Shown piece by piece: positions 29,199-38,916 of a stretch of DNA of 64,000 bases. The DNA comes from an uncultured Candidatus Saccharibacteria bacterium (lineage in GTDB: Bacteria > Patescibacteriota > Minisyncoccia > Ryanbacterales > GWA2-47-10b). Below the pieces are notes generated by a model. It saw only the letters and a list, made by a program, of their open reading frames with translations. It ran no database searches and was not told the DNA's origin. Both the position numbers and the translations under genes were made by a program. The stretch spans positions 663 through 64,662 of the forward strand of contig CAYHJF010000004.1 of NCBI GenBank assembly GCA_964356915.1, in the 5' to 3' direction. Each line of letters starts with the position of its first letter. The first letter of the stretch is position 1.

Positions 29199-29828
29199 TT
29201 ATTGACCGTACCAATCCCTATACCAACCCTGCATATCTTCTATTTCTTTTGACTGTGAGGCAGTAATATTTTTTGCAAGCTGTATCATCTCCGGTCGATT
29301 AGTTCCTGCTTCAAGCATTTGCACCATCATAAGAGCAAGCTGATGATGCGGAATCATAGCCTCAAGAAACGCCTTATCAAAGTCTGATGCCGTTTGGAGT
29401 GCTGTCATATCTTCCTCTCCGCCCATATGCATTCCGCTTCCCGACATCATTCCTCCACCCATCATCATTGAGCTTCCCTTCGGAACATCTTTCCCAAACC
29501 AATTTTTATACCAACCTGCCATGTCTTCTATTTCTTTCGTCTGACTTTCAATTATTGCATTTGCAAGAATTTTTATTTCCTGATGTTTTGACTTTTCGAT
29601 GGCTAACTTAGCCATAGCTATCGCCCCCTCATGATGCGGGATCATCTGCTCTATAAAATGAGAATCTATTGCCCCCATCATTCGGTTTCCTTGCGACGTA
29701 TCATTGGAAAACCCCATCATCGAATTCCTATACCCCATCATGCCACCCCACATCGAAGCAAAAACAAAAGTTAAGATAATTCCTAATACTAAACCTACTA
29801 AACCTACTTTTAACGTATCGTTTTTCAT
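29199..29828 (-). CDS. DUF305 domain protein (two tandem DUF305 units), copper-homeostasis associated
   Basis: Two repeats of F..MIPHH..A..M; Met/Gly-rich linker MMMGGGMMSGSGMHMGG; adjacent to a P1B-ATPase. Start taken at MKNDT (ATG at 29828), not the GTG of the longer ORF. Confidence 0.65.
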   Translation of the reverse strand: MKNDTLKVGLVGLVLGIILTFVFASMWGGMMGYRNSMMGFSNDTSQGNRMMGAIDSHFIEQMIPHHEGAIAMAKLAIEKSKHQEIKILANAIIESQTKEIEDMAGWYKNWFGKDVPKGSSMMMGGGMMSGSGMHMGGEEDMTALQTASDFDKAFLEAMIPHHQLALMMVQMLEAGTNRPEMIQLAKNITASQSKEIEDMQGWYRDWYGQ

Positions 29829-29857
29829 ATATTTATTATTAATTAATTTATAATTTC

Positions 29858-31981
29858 TCACACAGTAATTAAATTTTTCTCGACGCGCTTAAGCAATACC
29901 GCATTCACTGCAACTATTATCGAAGACACACTCATCAAAAGTGCTGCAAATTCTGGACGAAGCATGATGCCGAAATTTGGGTATAAAATTCCACCAGCGA
30001 CTGGTATCGCAAGAACATTATAGATTGAAGCCCAGAAAAGATTTTGCTTCATTTTGCGAACTGTTGCTTTGCTCAGCATTATCGCTCGAAGAATATCTAA
30101 CGGGTCAGATTTCATAAGAACAACTTTCGCAGTCTCTATAGCGACGTCCGTGCCCGCGCCAATCGCAATACCAACATCAGCCTGAGCAAGTGCTGGCGCA
30201 TCATTGACACCGTCGCCAACCATTGCCGTAAATTTTCCTTCTTGTTGTAGCTTTTTGACATAGTTGGCTTTATCCGCAGGCATTACTTCTGCAAAAACTC
30301 TTTCTATTCCGATTTGACTGGCCACCTTGTCCGCGGTCATTTTATTGTCGCCGGTAATCATGGCGATTTCGATTCCCAGTGCTTTGAGACGTTCCACTGC
30401 TTTGATGGCATTTGGCTTGATTGGATCAGCGGCTCCGATCACTGCTTTGATGGCACCGTCAACGGCGAGAATCATAATCGTTTCTCCTCTTTCCAAGAAC
30501 TCATTTATTTTTTTCTCCAATGCACCGAGAGTAATACTACTTTCTTTCATAAGCCTTACTGTGCCGATGAGTACAGGCTTCCCATCAACGATAGCTTTCA
30601 CTCCCAAGCCCGAAAGATTTTCAAATTTATCAACCGACTCTGGCAATGTAAGACCGCGCTTTTTAAGCTCATCGAGCACGGCACCTGCCAATGGGTGAGA
30701 TGATTTCGCTTCAGCCGCTCCAACTAAACGGAGTGCTTCATTTGAGTCAAATCCATCTGCTGTGGCTATATCGGTTACCTTTGGTTTTCCCTCGGTGAGA
30801 GTACCCGTTTTATCGAGCACAATTGCTTGAATTTTTGATACCTGTTCAAGAGTCGGCGCGTCTTTTATGAGAATGTTGTGTTTTGCACCAAGACCAGTCC
30901 CTACGGCCACAGCTGTTGGCGTAGCAAGTCCCAATGCATCGGGGCAAGCAATAACAACCGTGGCGATAGCGAAAGAAAGTGCGACAAGAAGTGATGCTCC
31001 GGCTACAAAGTACCAAATACCGAACACAAGAAGTCCTGATCCGATTGCTCCGATGACCAAATATTTTGCAAACTTATCAGCGATTCTTTGTCCGGGGGCT
31101 TTTGAATTCTGCGCTTCTTCAACCATCGCCACAATTCGCGCAAGAGCAGTATCTTTGCCAATTTTTGTTGCCTTAAATTTTACGGATCCTGCGGTATTGA
31201 TTGACCCACCGATTAACTGATCTCCAATCTTTTTAGCGGTAGGCAGTGATTCCCCGGTAACCAATGATTCATCAATAGCAGTTTCTCCTTCGGTAATTTC
31301 TCCATCAACAGGAACCTTGTCGCCAGGTTTCAAGATGATAATGTCGTCGAGCTGTATATCGGAAGTGGAAACCATCATCTCCTTGCCATCTTTGAAGACT
31401 CTGGCTTGAGGTGGTACGAGATTGAAAAGGGCTTGCAGGGCATCTGTTGTTCCGCGACGGGATTTCATCTCCATCCAGTGTCCAAACAAGACAAAAGTAA
31501 TAAGCATGGCGGCCGCTTCGTAATATGAATCGGCACTGCCAATGAGAGTAAGTAAAACACTGAAGCCATAGGCTGCCGTGATGCCAACAGCAATAAGCAC
31601 CGCCATATTGAGCACCTTACTTTTTAGAGCAAAATATGTTGAGTAGAGGAAAATCCAACCAGAATAGAAGAATACCGGGGTTGTTAAAATAAAGAGAAGC
31701 CACGGGAGCGGCATTGGGGACAGCAGGTTAAGTTTCAAATACTCAGTTCCTAGGGGCGAATACAAAATTATGGGAATTGTGAAAAAAAGCGCGAAAAAGA
31801 ATTTATTTCGGATATCTATCTCCATTAATCGCGCCATTTCTCGGCCGGCAAGACCCGTGTGATCCATGCCCATAGTCATGGACATACTCATTTTGAACTT
31901 CCCCCAAAGCCCAATTTTTGATGGATCGCCCATTACATGTCCAGCATGAACGCTATGATTCGTGGACTCTTTATGATCCAT
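29858..31981 (-). CDS. heavy-metal (copper-type) translocating P1B-type ATPase, atypical CPD motif and His/Met-rich N-terminus
   Basis: DKTGTLT, GDGVNDAPAL, TM6 IACPDALGLATP, TM7 YN, TM8 MSVSS; no GMTCxxC HMA domain, N-terminus is His/Met-rich instead. Confidence 0.8.
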   Translation of the reverse strand: MDHKESTNHSVHAGHVMGDPSKIGLWGKFKMSMSMTMGMDHTGLAGREMARLMEIDIRNKFFFALFFTIPIILYSPLGTEYLKLNLLSPMPLPWLLFILTTPVFFYSGWIFLYSTYFALKSKVLNMAVLIAVGITAAYGFSVLLTLIGSADSYYEAAAMLITFVLFGHWMEMKSRRGTTDALQALFNLVPPQARVFKDGKEMMVSTSDIQLDDIIILKPGDKVPVDGEITEGETAIDESLVTGESLPTAKKIGDQLIGGSINTAGSVKFKATKIGKDTALARIVAMVEEAQNSKAPGQRIADKFAKYLVIGAIGSGLLVFGIWYFVAGASLLVALSFAIATVVIACPDALGLATPTAVAVGTGLGAKHNILIKDAPTLEQVSKIQAIVLDKTGTLTEGKPKVTDIATADGFDSNEALRLVGAAEAKSSHPLAGAVLDELKKRGLTLPESVDKFENLSGLGVKAIVDGKPVLIGTVRLMKESSITLGALEKKINEFLERGETIMILAVDGAIKAVIGAADPIKPNAIKAVERLKALGIEIAMITGDNKMTADKVASQIGIERVFAEVMPADKANYVKKLQQEGKFTAMVGDGVNDAPALAQADVGIAIGAGTDVAIETAKVVLMKSDPLDILRAIMLSKATVRKMKQNLFWASIYNVLAIPVAGGILYPNFGIMLRPEFAALLMSVSSIIVAVNAVLLKRVEKNLITV

Positions 31982-31995
31982 AGTTTTTTATCTAA

Positions 31996-32217
31996 TTAAA
32001 CAATCTCTCCTTTTTTCTCAAGCATCATGTGATGGATTGCTCCAATCTGAGCCCAAATAGCGATAAGAATAAGAACCCCCACACAAAGTAAGGCATCTAT
32101 TTTTGTAATTCCAAACACTAGATTATCAGCACCACCAATAAGCGCACTCCCAAATACAAACACCCCGATAAACCCTACAACAACGCTTGTAACATGCAAT
32201 AATTTTGATAGTTTCAT
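31996..32217 (-). CDS. small 2-TM membrane protein, hypothetical
   Basis: 73 aa, two hydrophobic helices. Confidence 0.4.
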   Translation of the reverse strand: MKLSKLLHVTSVVVGFIGVFVFGSALIGGADNLVFGITKIDALLCVGVLILIAIWAQIGAIHHMMLEKKGEIV

Positions 32218-32384
32218 CTTTTTTAAATTACTTAATTAATTAGCCCCTGGATTCAATCCTATATCTAAAAAGTACGATAATACGCCGTTACAACTATACC
32301 ATTATTACAGCATCGTAGCCCTTATAGATTTATTTCAAAAACTCATTATTTGAAATTCCAAACGCTCTAGAAATTTTCCTAACA

Positions 32385-33761
32385 TTAAAACTTTGCCCTA
32401 GGTGCCGCCTGAACATGGAGAGTACTATCAAGAAGAACGCCGTTTGCGAAATAGAACCCCGTTTCGCCCGAGGATAAGATGTCATACGTGAACCCCTCAT
32501 CATAAGCCACTCGATCGACAGAGATTACTTGAGTGCCGTCGTACACATCACCCGTACTCAAATCTTCAATCCTGCGTCCATCAGTGGTCGGGTGTCCGGG
32601 AGAAACAAGAAGTGTACGCCCATCTTGAAGTACAAGCTTCACCATTTTGTGATCTATTGGAACTGGTGTTTTACTAGTCTCGACGACCACTCCGGAAACG
32701 CGCTTGCCGGAATTATCGACCGTCCACACTGGCGCGCCCTTTTTTAAATCTTCTACTGCTATCCAACCTTGTGGCGTATCAATCAAAGTATTTTTTGCAA
32801 GACAAATAGGACAAGAGCGAATATATCCATTGAGCTGACAGAAGTAAGGAGGAGGTGGCTCATCTGGATATGCAACTGGCGAACCGCAACCTTGCACGCA
32901 TGTAAACTCCACGGGACAACTTGTGTCATTCGACCCACCGCACCGCCTTCCAATTGGACTCGTGCAAACATTTTTATTGCACAAATTTCCGGAAATACAA
33001 TCCGAATCCTCAGTACAACGATTACCTTCTTTTAATTTACATTCTCCTTGTATTACCGCATGGGTGGGAACGCATGAGGGATCGGTGCTGGAACATACGG
33101 TCCCCGAGCCTTGCGTTTCCTGACATACATATTGTGAGGAGGAACAATCGGAATCTTTCGTGCACCGAGTAATAGGTTTTTGATTTATTGGCGGAGTGTC
33201 CTCCGTAACTCCTGCAAGTACTACCGGAATCTCAAGAGCGTCATCGTGTTCGGACAACCCAGACGGATTGTCTTTCTTCAAAATTAAAGTTCCTCTATTG
33301 CTATATGTATTTTTATCTACGCTAAAAGTAAGCGTTGCTTCGTACGGCACAAACTCTGAAGTCATCCAATTGTCTTTTGCAGTGGCAATGCCCTCTCCTA
33401 TGATGAGGCCGTCCCAGTTGGTGATATACACCGGAAAACTCGCTTCAAAAAACCATGAGCCGCGTGCACTCCCCGTGATGACAAGCGGACTCCTCACAAC
33501 TTCGCCGGGGCGCGGAGAGTCGATACGAATAAAGTTTGCTTTTTCAAGCTCGTTGCCAACATCTTCAGTAAATGTCTGCTCCCCGTGCCGACATTGGCGA
33601 GGATAACTCTCCATTACCGGATTTCCTGCCGCCACACATTCTCCAAAAGTTGCTACTTTTAATACCGGTTCTTGCTGCATGAAAAAATAGATACCACCGC
33701 CAACAATCGCTACGAGCAATACGCCAATAGCTATACCTATAAAAAATCGTTGTGGATTCAT
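32385..33761 (-). CDS. secreted/anchored protein with Gmad2 Ig-like domain, Cys-rich repeat linker and C-terminal Hint (Hedgehog/intein-like, BIL) autoprocessing domain
   Basis: N-terminal TM; GSARGSWFFEASFPVYI...DNWMT (Gmad2-like); CTKDSDCSSSQYVC / CTEDSDCISGNLC repeats; Hint blocks CLAKNTLIDT (A), SPGHP (B), TYDILSSGETGFYFANGVLL (F/G) with no terminal HN. Confidence 0.6.
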   Translation of the reverse strand: MNPQRFFIGIAIGVLLVAIVGGGIYFFMQQEPVLKVATFGECVAAGNPVMESYPRQCRHGEQTFTEDVGNELEKANFIRIDSPRPGEVVRSPLVITGSARGSWFFEASFPVYITNWDGLIIGEGIATAKDNWMTSEFVPYEATLTFSVDKNTYSNRGTLILKKDNPSGLSEHDDALEIPVVLAGVTEDTPPINQKPITRCTKDSDCSSSQYVCQETQGSGTVCSSTDPSCVPTHAVIQGECKLKEGNRCTEDSDCISGNLCNKNVCTSPIGRRCGGSNDTSCPVEFTCVQGCGSPVAYPDEPPPPYFCQLNGYIRSCPICLAKNTLIDTPQGWIAVEDLKKGAPVWTVDNSGKRVSGVVVETSKTPVPIDHKMVKLVLQDGRTLLVSPGHPTTDGRRIEDLSTGDVYDGTQVISVDRVAYDEGFTYDILSSGETGFYFANGVLLDSTLHVQAAPRAKF

Positions 33762-33884
33762 AAGATAAGTATAGCAGTTCTAATAAAGTATATATCTTAT
33801 TCGAATTATGCTATTCAAAAACCGATTCATTCTCTTGAAATAATCTACCTGCGTTGCTACATTACTCAACGGAAGGAGCAAGCC

Positions 33885-34502
33885 ATGTCGACAGTTCTTT
33901 TTATCGGCGAGGTCGTTGGCATCACATACACCCTCTGGTGTATCTTCGTATTTGCGTTTGTAAGTACACTTGAAACGATCAGTAAAAAAAGCTGGCACTT
34001 TAAAGTTTACCTATTCATACGCGATGTAAACGTAGAACCCGCAGATACGTGCGAGTATAGAAAAATACTCATCCTCGCCCCACTAAAAATCCTCCTACGC
34101 GGACTCTTTTTCTGCCTATGCGTATTTATCTGGTTTTGTACGCTTATCGTACACTGGACTATTCTGCCGTTTTTTTGGGGAAAAATTCCAACAGCTGGTT
34201 TTAGTGAAAGATATTTTACTGAATTTCTCGAAGACGGTCCCGAAACTTCGGTAGATAAATTCATAAATCTACCTCCCGTATTCTGGCTTCTCATAGCCGC
34301 ATCCTCTGTTGGCGGTTTTTACTACCTCCTTCGACTCTTGAATGGTGATGCACGACCGATTGAATACTACATAACGATTGGCGTTAGCAGTATCGTCTGC
34401 CTGATCTTGGGTCTAATCTACATTTCCACCCGTCCATCTTTCAAAACAATGTGGCAACTATTTCTCGATAGGGTTTGTATTAAAATCCCCGTCGTCGATT
34501 AA
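33885..34502 (+). CDS. multi-pass membrane protein, hypothetical
   Basis: Start trimmed to MSTVLFIGEV (ATG at 33885) to avoid overlapping the convergent gene; 5-6 TM helices. Confidence 0.45.
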   Translation: MSTVLFIGEVVGITYTLWCIFVFAFVSTLETISKKSWHFKVYLFIRDVNVEPADTCEYRKILILAPLKILLRGLFFCLCVFIWFCTLIVHWTILPFFWGKIPTAGFSERYFTEFLEDGPETSVDKFINLPPVFWLLIAASSVGGFYYLLRLLNGDARPIEYYITIGVSSIVCLILGLIYISTRPSFKTMWQLFLDRVCIKIPVVD

Positions 34503-34556
34503 CCGCTCCCTTTCATGGCTGCGGTTTTTTATTTAAAAAAAATATCCTTCAATCAA

Positions 34557-34865
34557 TCACATCTCGAAAAAGAAAACGGGAGCAAGCGCCGCAAGTATAG
34601 CAATGGCCTGTAATACTAAAATTTTTAAGGTTTGCTTGGGCATTTGTGGGAACCATTTCAACACAAAAGATATTATGACTGGCACCTGCATACCCATGAG
34701 TAATTGAAAAATGTGAGCGGCCGTCCCTTCGTCAGTCTCATGAACAACGCCAAATATAGCTAAATAGCCAAGTAGTATCCCTAAGGCGCTAGCCGACATT
34801 ATAAGAGGAAGAAAGGCGCTCGGCTTTTTCAACAACAAGACATCTGCTTGAGAGTTATTTGGCAT
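34557..34865 (-). CDS. small membrane protein, hypothetical
   Basis: 102 aa, 3 TM helices. Confidence 0.4.
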   Translation of the reverse strand: MPNNSQADVLLLKKPSAFLPLIMSASALGILLGYLAIFGVVHETDEGTAAHIFQLLMGMQVPVIISFVLKWFPQMPKQTLKILVLQAIAILAALAPVFFFEM

Positions 34866-34925
34866 ATACCAATACTATAACGACAGTGATGATATATAAG
34901 ATTCTTTGCTGCCAAAAATCTATTA

Positions 34926-37289
34926 CTATTTATTGCTCGTATCATGCCCGCCAAATTGATTTCTCAGAGCGGAAACGACTTGGCCAGTATACGAAGGGTT
35001 TTCCTGTGACTGCTTACGAAATTCAAGAGCACCTTCAATAATCTTCACCGGTACACCAAACTCATGAGCAGCGTCAACGGTCCATTGTCCTTCACCACTA
35101 TGTGATACTTTCCCAGAACAGCACGCCTCCGCATTAAGTTCATCACTGAATTTTTTATACGCATCGGCAAGCCAACCTACAAGGCGCGAAGTAATCACCG
35201 AACCGTGGTTATAAATTTCTGCGACGGAATGAAGATCGAGAGAAAATGGCGACTTCTTCATAACTTCAAAACCCTCTCCTATTGCCTGCATCATGCCGTA
35301 CTCAATACCGTTGTGAATCATTTTTACAAAATGTCCTGCCCCCGATTCACCCATGTATCCATATCCGCCGTCCACGGATATATCTTTGAAGAGTGATTCA
35401 TATTTCTCGTAAAGTTCACGCTTGCCACCCACCATAAGACAGGCGCCGTCTCTCGCGCCCCCCGGGCCACCAGAAACGCCAATATCAAGAAAATTAATAC
35501 CCATCACAGCAAGTTTTTTACTTCGACGAATTGATTCTTTATACAAAGAATTTCCTCCATCTATAACAGTATCGCCCTTCTCTAATAATGGAGTGAGCTC
35601 ATCAAGCACTACATCGACGACTTGATGTGGCACCATGAGCCACACGGTGCGCGACTTTGAAAGTTTACTGACAAGCTCTTGCATAGAGTATGCGCCAAGG
35701 ATACCTTCCGACTCTATTTTCTTGGTCACATCGGAAACTTCATTGAACCCCACGACCTGCCACTTTTTTGAGTGCAATCGTCGCGCAATATTCCCACCCA
35801 TTTTTCCTAAACCAATAATACCAATTTGATCACCACTCTTCTTTTCTTCATCTACAATCTCAAAAAACTTTGGAGCCGGGGTTGTACCTGACTCATATGA
35901 AACGAGCGGAACAACTCCCTGATTCCATCCATCGATAATCGGATCAATAAATTTCCATGATGCCTCTACTTCGCTCGATGAGATAAAGCGTACCTGATCA
36001 CCCATCATCGCAGAATGCAGAATCTTTGAGTATTCCTCAACGTACTGCACCTTCGTCTCTTTTTCATATAGAAAAAATGAGAAAACGCGCTCTTCAACAA
36101 TGCGCTCAAATCCCGGCTTTTTAGTCCAAAAGTGAATGATAATCTCATCGTTTGGCTCAAGCCGAAAAATAATACGATTTGGCTCATGCGGCCCCGCTTG
36201 GCACAACAAACACATCGGTGGATGCTTGAGTGTTAAAACGATCTCCTTACGTGCCTCGGCCATACGCTTTCCTGCTTCCATATATATAGGTATGCCCTCC
36301 CATCGCGAATGGACAAGCTCGGTTTTTAATGCAAAATAAGTTTCTGTTTGAGAATTCTCTGCTACGCCAGCAATATTTTTATAATCCGCCTGCTCTGCAC
36401 GAAAAGTTTTTTCTCGTAGCGTCTTATCTGTCCATGGCGCGAGTGCCTCCAAAACAGCGGTTCGATTTTTATGAATCGTGCTCGTTTCCATACCCAACGG
36501 ATACTCCATAGCAATAGCGGAAAGCATCGCCAAAAGATGATTCTGCCCAACATCACGAAGAGCTCCAACAGCGTCATAAAAATTCCCCCGTGACTCTACG
36601 CCGATTGACTCAAGTAAACGAATGTCGATACGCTCAATCGTTGTATTGTCCCATGTATTTTCAAAAAGATTATTAGAAAACCTAAAATTTTCAATTCCTT
36701 GAATAATCTCTTTGAACAAATAATGATCGATGCGATAAATTTGTTCTTCTTTGAAATACTTTGTTAAAAGAGTTTGGAGCTCTTTTGCTGTTGTAAGATT
36801 TGTACCAAATGGTTTTTCGACTAACAGCCGACTCCATCCGAGATCATCATCGCAGGGAAGATTGAGTTTTGCCGCCGCAAGATTTTTAAATATTGATTCG
36901 TACGATGATGGTGGAGTCGCAAGATAAAAAAGCTTATTTGCGCACACTCCCCACGTGCTCCCCACCTCATCAATACGGCTCGCGAGCGATTGGAACGCCC
37001 TCTCGTCCTCAAATGTTCCCGAGTGATATGAAAAAAGTTTGAAAAAACGAGAAAAATCTTCTTCCACTACTTTAATCCCGCCCTGCTTCATTACGGCATC
37101 TCTGACCAGATTTTCAAATTCTGCGTCCGAAAGCGTCCGACGTGCGAAACCAATAACCGCCAACCGATCCGGCAATAACCCGTGCAAAGAAAGATGCCAC
37201 AAAGAAGGAATAATTTTCTTTGCCGCCAGATCACCGGTTACGCCCATAATGACAAAAATTGATGGCGTATTATGTATATTTGCTTTCAT
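34926..37289 (-). CDS. zwf-gnd: bifunctional glucose-6-phosphate dehydrogenase / 6-phosphogluconate dehydrogenase (Zwf-Gnd natural fusion)
   Basis: N-terminal ~480 aa: GVTGDLAAKK and RIDHYLFKE (G6PD). C-terminal ~300 aa: IGIIGLGKMGGNIARRL, DGGNS, IGVSGGPGGARDGACLMVGG, HNGIEYGMMQAIGEGF (short-form 6PGDH). Confidence 0.8.
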   Translation of the reverse strand: MKANIHNTPSIFVIMGVTGDLAAKKIIPSLWHLSLHGLLPDRLAVIGFARRTLSDAEFENLVRDAVMKQGGIKVVEEDFSRFFKLFSYHSGTFEDERAFQSLASRIDEVGSTWGVCANKLFYLATPPSSYESIFKNLAAAKLNLPCDDDLGWSRLLVEKPFGTNLTTAKELQTLLTKYFKEEQIYRIDHYLFKEIIQGIENFRFSNNLFENTWDNTTIERIDIRLLESIGVESRGNFYDAVGALRDVGQNHLLAMLSAIAMEYPLGMETSTIHKNRTAVLEALAPWTDKTLREKTFRAEQADYKNIAGVAENSQTETYFALKTELVHSRWEGIPIYMEAGKRMAEARKEIVLTLKHPPMCLLCQAGPHEPNRIIFRLEPNDEIIIHFWTKKPGFERIVEERVFSFFLYEKETKVQYVEEYSKILHSAMMGDQVRFISSSEVEASWKFIDPIIDGWNQGVVPLVSYESGTTPAPKFFEIVDEEKKSGDQIGIIGLGKMGGNIARRLHSKKWQVVGFNEVSDVTKKIESEGILGAYSMQELVSKLSKSRTVWLMVPHQVVDVVLDELTPLLEKGDTVIDGGNSLYKESIRRSKKLAVMGINFLDIGVSGGPGGARDGACLMVGGKRELYEKYESLFKDISVDGGYGYMGESGAGHFVKMIHNGIEYGMMQAIGEGFEVMKKSPFSLDLHSVAEIYNHGSVITSRLVGWLADAYKKFSDELNAEACCSGKVSHSGEGQWTVDAAHEFGVPVKIIEGALEFRKQSQENPSYTGQVVSALRNQFGGHDTSNK

Positions 37290-37371
37290 AATTATGACTC
37301 TATTTGGTCATCGTATTGTGCCATTTCCTCACTCAAATAGAAAGATTCCCACTCTATCACCTACTATATTT

Positions 37372-38292
37372 TTATCTTCTTGAATTTGTGAGACATGCAG
37401 AAAGTTCTGCTGTTTGCGTCCAGCCACATTCACCATTCGACTGTCTTCGACACGTACTAGACTTGTAACAAGCGTACTCTTCTTTATATTCACACGTGGA
37501 AGCAATATCAGGCTGATCGCTACATAGCTGTCCCGAACATCCACCCACATAACATGTTTTCTGAGGTTCTGGTATCAAAGATTCTTGTGGCACTACATTA
37601 AATGTAAGTCGATAATCTGCATCCGCGATCATCACCTTGGAATTTTTGTCTGGCATAACAATCTTAAGCGTCACTGATTGGGCTTCCGTCGTAAAAACTT
37701 GTCCGAGCTTAAGAATACTCGTACTTGTTCCCATGCCCGATGCAACCTCTACACGAACTCGCACTGTCCCTACTTGAATACACTGTACGTCATTCGGACA
37801 ACGACTATCTTCTTCAATAGAAAGAGGACGTATAGATATATCTTTAAATATAGCGCGCTGATTTAATGCAAGCGTTACATAACCATAAGGTAAAACCGCC
37901 GGAGTTATAGCTTCCGCAAATATCGGACTACAGGTATCAAGCGCAATACTTTGAACGGTCTTATCATTTTGTTTGACATAAGTTCCGACTGATACCACAT
38001 TCTTTCCGCCACGCACTTGGTAACATTTTGCATTTAATATACCCGGTATACCGCTTCCTGACTGAATAAACCCGACATACCACCCTTCAGCCGTTTCCTT
38101 TGCTTCAATAGAGCTTGGCGGAAGTGATGTAGTTCTATATGAGGCCAACTCAGGATGCAATTTGATAACTGCGTTTATGGCATCTTCCTGAGTAAGAATA
38201 CTCACTTGTCGATCAGAATTATATTTAAATGCAGAAAAGATACTAATCACTAAAAGTAATATGAAGCCTGCCAAAAATAATTTTTTATTCAT
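37372..38292 (-). CDS. secreted hypothetical protein with Cys-rich C-terminus
   Basis: Signal/anchor; 8 Cys in the last 60 aa. Confidence 0.45.
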   Translation of the reverse strand: MNKKLFLAGFILLLVISIFSAFKYNSDRQVSILTQEDAINAVIKLHPELASYRTTSLPPSSIEAKETAEGWYVGFIQSGSGIPGILNAKCYQVRGGKNVVSVGTYVKQNDKTVQSIALDTCSPIFAEAITPAVLPYGYVTLALNQRAIFKDISIRPLSIEEDSRCPNDVQCIQVGTVRVRVEVASGMGTSTSILKLGQVFTTEAQSVTLKIVMPDKNSKVMIADADYRLTFNVVPQESLIPEPQKTCYVGGCSGQLCSDQPDIASTCEYKEEYACYKSSTCRRQSNGECGWTQTAELSACLTNSRR

Positions 38293-38402
38293 ATATGAAA
38301 TGTTTTACACAACAGGAGCTCAAGCCATCACTATACTCAATATAACAATTTGATCACTAGAGATGTTTCGAAGCTCTCGTTAATAATCTTGAATTCCACC
38401 CA

Positions 38403-38834
38403 CTAGGGATGCCGCTTCCCAGACGCGAGCATGCCACAAGCTTTCTCAATTCTCTGAGTGCGCGTTTCTGACTCTTTAGCTGAGTCTATCCAATCAGCAA
38501 AGTCTCTCCGTTCGCTTGGCGTAAGATCGCTCCATTGAGCTTTTGCTTTCATATTAGACCCAAGAGCCTTATACAAATTCATTGGTACTATTGCATAACA
38601 ACATGGACGCCGCTTTCCTGATGCAAGCCGTGAGGGAATACTCTCGACCCGACGCTTGCGCGTCTCTGATTGTTTAGCTGATTCTATCCAGCTCACAAAA
38701 TCCCTCCGTGAGATCGGCGTGAGATCATTCCATTGAGCTTTTGCCTTTGGCATAGTCGCAAGAGCACGACGAAGATCTGTTGGTACTTTGGGTTCCAATT
38801 CTTTTCTAACCGGCTTAGAACTCATCTTGTTCAA
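38403..38834 (-). CDS. YdeI/OmpD-associated (bacteriocin-protection) family protein, tandem duplicated
   Basis: Two repeats of KAKAQW.DLTP..RRDF..WI.SAK.SETR..R... Confidence 0.6.
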   Translation of the reverse strand: MNKMSSKPVRKELEPKVPTDLRRALATMPKAKAQWNDLTPISRRDFVSWIESAKQSETRKRRVESIPSRLASGKRRPCCYAIVPMNLYKALGSNMKAKAQWSDLTPSERRDFADWIDSAKESETRTQRIEKACGMLASGKRHP

Positions 38835-38916
38835 AATTATATGATTTTAAATAGTTTAGTGTTATCACTTTCTATTATTGTAGCACCTCCTACAGATGTT
38901 GCCTTCAAAAAACTCT

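Noticed and set aside
32385-33761. Hint domain as a true intein
   Set aside because: It sits at the C-terminus of a secreted protein, not inside a housekeeping enzyme. It lacks the terminal His-Asn and a C-extein. So it is Hedgehog/BIL-like rather than a splicing intein.
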